From positions 3,536,001-3,600,000 of the forward strand of contig CM075993.1 of assembly GCA_038087875.1 (NCBI GenBank): a stretch of DNA of 64,000 bases. The letters are read 5' to 3'. Made by a program: the position numbers and the translations under genes. The notes beneath the pieces are model-generated. The model worked only from the letters and a program-made list of their open reading frames with translations. It was not told where the DNA came from and did no database searches. The stretch is from Malacoraja senta. Taxonomy: Eukaryota. Positions 54,212 through 64,000 of this stretch are shown piece by piece (position 1 is the first letter of the stretch; the number at the start of each line of letters is the position of its first letter).

Positions 54212-55144
54212 TAATAATAATAATAATAATAATAATAGATTTTATTTATGGGGGCCTTTCACAAAGTCTCAAGGACACCTTACAAAGTTTAACAAATAGT
54301 GTAGAAACATGTAAGTGGATTGAAATAAATAGCAAAGACATCACCAGTACACAAATTAAAGATAGAATTAAATCCCAAAACAAAAATCAAAAACACAATA
54401 TGGAAGAGAGAGCAGCGGCTGCTAAAGCGAGCGCCAGCGTCCACTCTCCCTTCCGACTGCCATCTTGGACAAAGACTAACATAGACACTACACATTACAC
54501 ACAAAATCATCCCCCCACAATGATTGCCACTGTGGGGGAAGGCACAATGTCCAGTCCCCAACACCAGTTTACCCAAAGTCAGGCCTATTGAGGCCTCCAC
54601 AGTTGCCTCTACGGAGGCCCGATGTTCCTGGCCGTTCTCGCCGGGTGCAGTTGTCCCGGCGTCGGGAGAGTCCTCGCAGCGGCAGGGATGGCTGGAACGG
54701 CCGATCTCCTACCGGAGTCCGTGGCACCTGAAGCCGACAAGGCCGCGCTGATTTGGAGCTCCGAGGCTCACGATGTTGGAGTCGGCGCCGCCGCCCGCGG
54801 CTGGCCGCTCCGCAGTCCCGCAGCCCGGAGGTGTTGAGCTCGGCGGTCACAGCTCACCGGAGCTCCAGCGCGTCGATCCAGCGCGGCGACCCAGGCAAGG
54901 CATCGCCCGCTCCGCTCCGCGATAGCGCTCCAGCGCTGTGCCGCCACCGAAGCTGAAGGTGCTGGGCGGTCCCCGCCAGGAAAACGCCGCTCCACGCCTG
55001 CTGGTAGGCCGCAAGGACGGGTCGACGGGCAGCCTGGAGAAAAAGCTGCCTCACCGACCAGGTAGGGACCTAGAGATAGTTTCCCCCTTACCCCCCCACA
55101 TTAAAAGTCAAAATTCCCCTAGACATAAACAGGAAAAAAAAAAG
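54212..55144 (-). mobile_element. Non-coding element with CpG-rich 5' part and L2-like 3' tail
   Basis: Minus-strand end gtaaggtgtccttgagactttgtgaaaggcccccataaataaaatc(tat)n; GC-rich segment at 54590-55070. Confidence 0.55.
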
Positions 55145-56877
55145 TAGAAGCCCTATAGCATCAAAGCCGCAAATGGTGACACTGCATTGTTGGGACGAAG
55201 GGCCTGTTCCTGTACTGTACTCTTCCACGCTCTACAACCTGTGTCTTGAGCCAAGTTACCAACTGCTTGGATTTTTTTAGTTTAGTTTTAGAGATACAGC
55301 GCGGAAACAGGCCTTTCGGCCCACCGAGTCCGCGCTGACCAGCTTACGCTGAAACATACATTGCAACATACGGTAGTACAAACTAGAGGGGCCGATTGGC
55401 CTCAGAATACTCCTGTTCCATGACTCAAAATAAAAAATGATTCTGAAAACAATCACCATATTGTTCTCTCAAGTGTTGATCTTGAACTTATGTCCTCAAC
55501 TATAAATAGTTTTGCCAACTCACCCCAACCTCTCATTATTACAAGCATCCGTGTTCAAATTACAGTGCCTCTGCTCTTTGTTGTTCAACCCTCTCAACCA
55601 GGATGTTGCTTTCAGTAAACCTTTATCGTATCAGATTTTTCATGCCCGATGAACGTCCATAATTAGAAACTGTGCCTTAACTCTGCGATGGTAGGGCCGG
55701 ATTTCTCTCGGACCTCGTGTTGCGGATCAAGGTGATCTTCAAAAAGGAAAGAGGTCTTCAACTCGTTTAAGAAGGAACTGCAGATGCTGGAAAATCGAAG
55801 GTAGAGAAAAATGCTGGAGAAACTCAGAGGGTGAGGCAGCATCTATGCAGCCAAGGAAATAGGCAACGTTTCAGCCTGAAACGTTGCCTATTTCCTTCGC
55901 TCCATAGATGCTGCCTCACCCACTGAGTTTCTCCAGCATTTTTCTCTACCTGAGGTCTTCAACTCTCCTGTTTATCTTCTCCCCCCCCCGCCCCTCGCTA
56001 CTTCCTCCCCTAGGCTTTGCAATCCACAAATCTTCACTCCTGTCTCACACCACCTGCTTTTATCTCTGGCCTTCCAACCACCTCCCTCACCTGTGTCCAC
56101 CTCCTCTCTTCCGACGTTCTCCTGCCTCCCACTACAATCAGTCGGGAGAAATGTCACCTATATCCATTTTCTCCAGAGATGCTGCCTGACCAGCTGAGTT
56201 GGTTTAGTTTGGAGATACAGTGCGGAAACAGGACCCTTCGGCCCGCCGAGTCCGCGCCGGCCAGCGATCCCCGCACATTGACACTATCCTACACGCACCA
56301 GGGACGATTTTACATTGATACCAAGTCAATTAACTTAAAACCCTGCACGTCTTTGGAGTGTGGGAGGAAGCTGAAGATCTCGAAGAAAACCCACGCAGTC
56401 ACGGGAAGAACATGCAAACTCCGTACAGACAGCACCCGTTGTCAGGGTCGAACCCGGGTCTCTGGCGCTGTAAGGCGGCAACTCTACCGCTGCGTGCCCG
56501 TGCCGCCCAGTTACTCCCACACTTTGTGTTCTTTTGTGTATTAGCCCCCCAAAAAAGTAGTCTTCCAAAATCACCAAACATATGGTGAAGTAATTTGTGT
56601 AAAATTCTTGGAAACTCATTGCCAACAACTTGCACCAGATGGCATTTGTTTCTGACGAATGCTCAATGTAACACCTAAGTTTATGAATGGACTTCCCCAC
56701 TGTTTCATCATATTTCCATAACCATCTGCAGTTATAGAATTAAGTTTGCACATGCTTCATTTCTGCAGGCAATTAACTCCAGGTTTTATAATATGTGATA
56801 ATTATCCGATAATAGGTTGAACAAAATTATCCCAGCACACCATTCAACAAGAAATCTGCCGGCCCTTCTGTGTGGCA

Positions 56878-58364
56878 CATAGATACATAGAAACATAGAA
56901 AATAGGTGCAGGAGTAGGCCATTTGGCCCTTCGAGCCTGCACCGCCATTCAATATGATCATGGCTGATCATCCAACTCAGTATCCTGTACCTGCCTTCTC
57001 TCCATACCCCCTGATCCCTTTAGCCACAAGGGCCACATCTAACTCCCTCTTAAATATAGCCAATGAAGTGGCCTCAACTACCCTCTGTGGCAGAGAGTTC
57101 CAGAAATTCACCACTCTCTGTGTGAAAAAGTTTTTCCTCACCTTAAAGGATTTCCCCCTTATCCTTAAGCTGTGACCCCTTGTCCTGGACTTCCCCAACA
57201 TCGGGAACAATCTTCCTGCATCTAGCCTGTCCAACCCCATAAGAATTTTGTACGTTTCTATAAGATCCCCTCTCAATCTCCTAAATTCTAGCGAGTATAA
57301 GCCAAGTCTATCCAGTCTTTCTTCATATGAAAGTCCTGACATCCCAGGAATCAGTCTGGTGAACCTTCTCTGCACTCCCTCTATGGCTATAATGTCCTTC
57401 CTCAGATTTGGAGACCAAAACTGTACGCAATACTCCAGGTGTGGTCTCACCAAGACCCTGTACAACTGCAGTAGAACCTCCCTGCTCCTATACTCAAATC
57501 CTTTTGCTATGAAAGCTAACATACCATTCGCTTTCTTCACTGCCTGCTGCACCTGCATGCCTACTTTCAATGACTGGTGTACCATGACACCCAGGTCTCG
57601 CTGCATCTCCCCATTTCCTAATCGGCCACCATTTAGATAATAGTCTGCTTTCCTGTTTTTGCCACCAAAGTGGATAACCTCACATTTATCCACATTATAC
57701 TGCATCTGCCAAACATTTGCCCACTCACCCAGCCTATCCAAGTCACCTTGCAGTCTCCTAGCATCCTCCTCACAGCTAACACTGCCCCCAGCTTAGTGTC
57801 ATCCGCAAACTTGGAGATGTTGCCTTCAATTCCCTCATCCAGATCATTAATATAAATTGTAAATAGCTGGGGTCCCAGCACTGAGCCTTGCGGTACCCCA
57901 CTAGTCACTGCCTGCCATTGTGAAAAGGACCCGTTTACTCCTACTCTTTGCTTCCTGTTTGCCAGCCAGTTCTCTATCCACATCAATACTGAACCCCCAA
58001 TACCGTGTGCTTTAAGTTTGTATACTAATCTCTTATGTGGTACCTTGTCGAAAGCCTTCTGAAAGTCCAGATACAACACATCCACTGGTTCTCCCTTATC
58101 CACTCTACTAGTTACATCCTCGAAAAATTCTATAAGATTCGTCAGACACGATTTACCTTTCGTAAATCCATGCTGACTTTGTCCAATGATTTCACCACTT
58201 TCCAAATGTGCTGCTATCCCATCTTTAATAACTGACTCTAGCAGTTTCCCCACTACCGATGTTAGACTAACTGGTCTGTAATTCCCCGTTTTCTCTCTCC
58301 CTCCCATCTTAAAAAGTGGGGTTACGTTTGCTACCCTCCAATCCTCAGGAACTACTCCAGAATC
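56878..58364 (-). mobile_element. CR1/HER1-type LINE, 5'-truncated, covering the RT domain
   Basis: [32 protein letters not shown] and FADDTKL motifs; one 1-bp frameshift near 57790; nearly identical to 33428-34485 over the overlap. Confidence 0.95.
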
Positions 58365-60578
58365 TACTCCAGAATCACGAGCTATCTATCTTCAGATTTA
58401 TTAGAATGAAATACTTTTAGAACTAACAAGAAAATCAGCTCGACAAAAATGGATTCGAATATGTTCGCCAACCCTGCAACATGAATATCAACGGTGGCGC
58501 AGCGGTAGAGTTGCTGCCTTACAGCACTTGCAGCGCCGGAGACCCGGGTTCGATCCCGACCACGGGTGCTGTCTGTACGGAGTTTGCATGTTCTCCCCGG
58601 CGATCGGCCCAGCGATCCCGCACACTAACACTATCCTACACAGGCTGGGGACAGTTTACACTTGTACCAGGCCAATTAACCTACAAACCTGTACGTCTCT
58701 GGAGTGTGGGAGGAAACCGAAGATCTCGGCGAAAACCCATGCAGGTCACGGGGAGAACGCACAAACTCCGTACAGGCAGCACCCGTAGTCGGGATTGAAC
58801 CCGGGTCTCCGGCGCTGTGAGGCAGCAACCCACGTTGCCTGTAAGGAAAGATGGAATATTTTACAGGAGGTTTATTCATATTGACGTTAATATAAATGCA
58901 CGGCCTGTTCGTCGTCAAAGAGGGATTAGGACATTCAGTCACTTCTTGAAGGGTGGCTTCTTGCTAGTAACGTCACAGCTTTCTCCTTGCCCTTGGTGTT
59001 ATATGACTCTCTCTGCACTGGCTGCCTTTCCTGTCATTATAGCTCCCTGCACTGGCTGCCTTTCCTGTCATTATAGCTCCAGCTTCTGCCGTTATTGATG
59101 CTTTCACTCAGCATGGATGTAATTTCAGAGAAACTTGGCGCCGAGGGGCACGAACTTAATGAATCTCGTTCACTTTTTTAATTTGCCTGGTTTAACATAT
59201 GATGAGCGTTTGACAGCACTGGGCCTGTACTCACTGAGATTTTGAAGTATGAGGAGGGGGGGGGGGGGGGAGGTGGGATCTCATTGAAACTCACCGAATA
59301 GTGAAAGGCCCAGAAGGCTGTGGAGGCCAAGCCAATGGATAATTGTTCAGGCAGAGATAGATAGATTCTTGATTAGTACGGGCGTCAGGGTCATGGGGAG
59401 AAGGCAGGAGAATCTCTCCCTCCAAACCCCATTCTCCTGCCTTCTCCCCATAACCCCTGACACCCGCACTTATCAAGAATCTATCTGTCTCTGCCTTAAA
59501 AATATCCACTGACTTGGCCTCCACAGCCGACTGTGACAAAGTGCTCCACAGATTCACCACCCTCCGACTAAATTCATTCCTCCTCATCTCCTTCCGAAAA
59601 GAACGCCCTTTAATTCTGAGGCTGTGACCTCTAGTCCTGGACTCTCCCTCGAGTGGAATCATCTTCTCCACACCCACTCTATCCAAGCCTTTCACTATTC
59701 TGCATGTTTCAATAAGGTTCCTCCCTCATTCTTCTAAATCTCCAGCGAGTGCAGGCCAGTGCTGACAATCCTAGGTTAATCGACTCTGGACCCTCTCCAG
59801 AGCCAGCACGTCCTTCCTCAGATATGGTGCCCAAAATTGCTCACCATATTCGAAATAGGGGGCCTGCCAGCGCCTTATCGAGCCTCAGCAGTACGTCCTG
59901 GTTTTGTATACAAGCCCTCTTGAAATAAATGCGAGTATTGATCCGTGCCCTTGCGTCTGCTGTCGCCGGCTCCTGTCACTCTCCTCTCTGGTCTTCGAGG
60001 ATGGGCAGGAGCTGGGCTCAGCGGCTTCTCTCTTGAGAGCCAGGCCTGGTCTTTGATGCCTCTCGGTTCATCCTTGACCGGACTTTGCTGGCTTTACCTT
60101 GCGCTATACGATCCACACACTGTAAATGGATTGATTGTAATCATGTAGGCACGTAAATGCTGGAGTAACTCAGCGGGACAGGCAGCATCTCTGGAGAGAA
60201 GGAATGGGGCGACGTTTCTGGGTCGAGACCCTTCTTCAGATTATAATCATGTGTTGTCTTTCCGCTGACTGGTTAGCACGCAACAAAAGCTTTTCACTGT
60301 ACCTCGGTTACACGTGACAATAAACTAACCTGAACTGGGGCCGGGGATAGACATGGCACCAGGGTCCTTCCGTCAAAGGGCCCCCTCGCTCATTAGTAAG
60401 CCAGATTCATTTTTAATTAAAGGTAGACACAAAAAGCGCTGGAGTAACTTGGCAGATCAGGCAGCATCTCTGGAGAAAATAAAAAAGTGACGTTGGGGTC
60501 GAGATCCTTCCTCAGTCTGACAGTCAGGGGAGAGGGAATTTAATTACTTGCATTTGTCCAGCCTCCAGCTACTTATAC

Positions 60579-61250
60579 TGTGTCTGCCTGTCTATTTGTG
60601 TCTGTTCGTCTCTCTGTCCCTGTCTGTCCATTTCTGTCTCTCTCTGTCTGTCTGTCTCTCTCTGTCTGTCTCTCTCTGTCTGTCTCTCTCTCTATCTGTC
60701 TCTCTCTCTGTCTGTCTCTCTCTCTGTCTGTCTCTCTCTCTATCTGTCTCTCTCTCTCTGTCTGTCTCTCTCTGTCTGTCTCTGCCTGTCTCTCTCTGTC
60801 TGTCTCTCTCTGTCTGTCTCTCTCTATCTCTGTCTGTCTGCCTCTCTCTGTCTGTCTCTCTCTGTCTGCCTCTCTCTGTCTGTCTCTCTCTCTGTCTGTC
60901 TCTCCTCTCTGTCTGTCTCTCTCTCTGTCTGTCTCTCTCTGTCTGTCTCTCTCTGTCTCTCTCTGTCTGTCTCTCTCTGTCTGTCTCTCTCTGTCTGTCT
61001 CTCTCTGTCTGTCCTCTCTGTCTGCTCTCTCTGTCTGCCTCTCTCTGCCTGCCTCTCTCTGCCTGCCTCTCTCTGCCTGCCTCTCTCTGCCTGCCTCTCT
61101 CTGCCTGTCTCTCTCTCTCTGTCTGTCTCTCTCTGTCTGTCTCTCTCTGTCTGCCTCTCTCTGTCTGCCTCTCTCTGTCTGCCTCTCTCTGTCTGCCTCT
61201 CTCTGTCTGCCTCTCTCTGCCTCTGTCTGCCTCTGTCTGTCTCTGTTTGT
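60579..61250. repeat. About 670-bp (CT)n/(CTGT)n/(CTGC)n simple repeat
   Basis: Directly visible. Confidence 0.98.
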
Positions 61251-62984
61251 CCCCCTCTTTAAGTCTCTGCCTGCTTGAACGCATCTCTCCTCTCCCTGCC
61301 CCCTCACCTGCTGTTTCTAAGAACCTCTCTTGCATCAACTCGTGATACGCAGCAGAGAATAGCAGGGAAGGAAGCCAAGAGTGGGTGGGGGCGTGGGTAG
61401 CCTGGCTATTAATCTTGGACACAGACAGCCGAACATTATTTTGGCCCTTGAAGCCACTGTGCTTCAGGGAACGCCGTTCCATCCTGGACCAGGAGACGAG
61501 TGGGAGGAAGTAGGAATGAAGTGGGTGAGCCACAGTGTTTGGGCATTGGATTTGAGGTGGCCAGCTGGAAGTTGCGTGGATGGTCGGCAAGTGTTTGCAC
61601 CAGGGCTTCCAGAGCAGGAGGAAGAGAAGCTCAAAATCAAAGCATTTTGCTCGTGTGATTCAACCTTGAGGGATAGAATCGGGTGGATGCACAGAGTCTC
61701 TTGCCCTGAGTCGGTGAATCGAGGACCAGAGGACATAGGTTTAAGGTGAAGGGGCAAAGATTTAATAGGAATCCGAGGGGTAACATTTTCGCACAAAGGG
61801 TGGTGGGTGCATGGAACAAGCTGCCAGAGGAGGTAGTTGAGGCTGGGACTATCCCAACATTTAAAAAGCAGTTCAATAAGAACATTGATAGGATTGGTTT
61901 GGAGGGATCTGGACCCAAATGCTGGCAGGTGGGACTAGTGTAGCTGGGACATTCTTGCCGGTGTGGGCAATTTGGGCCGAAGGGCCTGTTTCCACACTGT
62001 ATCACTCTATGACTCTAACCTCCCATCCATTGACTCCATCTGCACCTATCACTCTATGACTCTAACCTCCCATCCATTGACTCCATCTGCACCTCATGCT
62101 GCCTCGGCAAGGCCACCAGCATAGTCAACGACCAATCTCACCCCGGCCACTCCCTCTCGTATCGGGGCGTGTGAAAGTGTGAAAACTCACACCTCCAGAT
62201 TCAGGGACAGTTTCTTCCCAGCTGTTAACAGGCAACTGAATCATCCTCTCACCAACTAGAGAGCGTCCGTGACCTACCATCTACCTCACTGGAGAACCCT
62301 TGGACTATCTTTAATCAGACTTTACTTACCTATCTTTACTGGACTTTATCTTGCACTAAACATTATTCCCTTTATCCAGTATCTGTACACAGTGGTCGGC
62401 CTGTATAGTATTTACGTTGGCCGCATTGCCCGCAACAAAAAGCTTTTCATTGTACCTTGGTACACGCGGCAATAGTAACATAACTAAAACCAGATCAATA
62501 GTTGGGATCATACAGCAGTCACAATGCCATTTAGGAAGGTTGTGTTCTGTAGATTTATCTCTGCTGCTGTTTAAAAATGGGTAGAAAATTGATGGATGGA
62601 ATTCTTTATGGAGCTTGAGGTTAGAGCTTGAAGCAAACCACTATTGATTCTTTTTTACAATTTGCGTAAATACCATGAATAATTTTCCCATTGATAATTC
62701 ACCAGTGAACAGTAACAAAGTTGTGCCATTCCTTATGCATCTTTCTGGAGAACTTCCATCCACGTCTAGGGTGCAGGAAGAGGAACCCCCCCCCCCCCCT
62801 TTACCGACGTCCATGCTGGAGTAACCCAGCGGGTCAGGCAGCATCTCTGGAGCGCAGGAGGATGAGGGGTGAACTTAATACAGGTGTATAAAATCACGAG
62901 AGGAATAGATCGGGTAGATGCACAGAATCTCTTGCCCAGTGTAGGGGAATCGAGGACCAGAGGACATAGGGACAAGGAGAAGCG

Positions 62985-63296
62985 GCTACGATGGTGCAGC
63001 GGGTAGTGTTGCTGCCTTACAGCGCTTGCAACGCCAGAGACCCAGGTTCGATGCTGAATACGGGTGCTTGTCTGTACCTTCTCCCCGTGACCCGCGTGGG
63101 TTTTCTCCGAGATCTTCAGTTTCCTTCCACACTCCAAAGACGTGCAGGTTTGTAGGTTAATTTGCTCGGTGTAAATGTAAAATTGTCCCTAGTGTGTGTA
63201 GGGTAGCGTTAGTGCGCGGGGATCGCTGGTCGGCACAGACTCGGTGGGCCGAAGGGCCTGTTTCTGTGCTGTATCTCTAAACTAAACTAAACTAAA
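62985..63296 (+). mobile_element. HE1-type V-SINE
   Basis: tRNA-like head, V domain and (AAACT)n tail. Confidence 0.85.
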
Positions 63297-64000
63297 GAAG
63301 GGGAAAAGATTTAATAGGAATCTGAGGGGTAACATTTTCACACAAAGGGTGGCGGGTGTATGGAGCGAGCTGCCAGAGGAGGTAGTTGAGGCTGGGACTA
63401 TCCCAATATTTAAGAAACAGTTAGACAGGTACATGAATAAGACAAATTTGGAGGGATATGGACCAAAGACAGGCATGTGGGACTAGTATAGCTGGGACAT
63501 GTTGACTGGTGTGGGCAAGTTGGGCCGAAGGGCCTGTTTCTACACTGTATCACTCTATGACTCTAAAAAGAATAGGTGACGTTTCGGGTCAGAACCAAGA
63601 AGGGCTATGAGCCAAACACGGGCAGAAGGGACTAGAGCAGATGGGGCATCTTGGTCAGCAGGGATGAGTTGGGCCGAAGGGCCTGTTGCCGTGCTGTATG
63701 ACCCTATGGACTCCAAGATCCAGAGCGGATGCAAGTCGTCCTCGATCTTGAGAGACTGCTCAGGAGAAAAGAAGATGTGGAACTTAGTGTGCTGTAAAGT
63801 AATCATGCAAGATAGTGTAAGATTTGCAAGGTCTTTCGCCGAAGGATTAGATTATAAATAAATTAAGTTCACTTCAGTTTAGGTGGATTCAGTCTGATTG
63901 TGGTGGAGAACTCTGCAAACTGTAGATCCTTACACCTTATCATCTGGATCAAGCGTAAACCAGTGTCTTGACATTCCATTGAGTTTCACAAGGTAGTGAT

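Noticed and set aside
60548..61590. 232-332 aa ORFs rich in S/L/C or R/E/Q
   Set aside because: Products of the CT-rich simple repeat.

Overview
Repeat-rich vertebrate genomic DNA, almost certainly from a cartilaginous fish and probably a skate or ray; this is inferred from the HE1-type V-SINEs, HER1/CR1 LINEs and Penelope remnants. Two + strand genes are present. (1) The 3' nine coding exons of CSK (SH2 and kinase domains, 732-16044), intact, with one GC-AG intron. (2) Exons 1-10 of an ERGIC-53-family L-type lectin gene (29132-50389), best called LMAN1L because CSK-LMAN1L is the gene order in human. As assembled, LMAN1L has several small indels in exons 5-9 upstream of a 200-N gap; these look more like consensus errors than pseudogenisation. 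Its last exons were not found. The most unusual signals are catalytic-RNA motifs in retroposons: a 147-bp TSD-flanked mini-retroposon whose first 54 nt fold into a minimal CPEB3/HDV-like ribozyme (36810-36863, minus strand), and roughly 15-20 Penelope-derived minimal hammerhead-like motifs, often in inverted pairs. A CpG-rich PIF/Harbinger MITE, L1, Tx1, Rex/Babar and L2-tailed fragments and two large microsatellites are also present. All alignments and folds were done by eye; comparisons with human exon sizes and residues are from memory, and most repeat boundaries are approximate.
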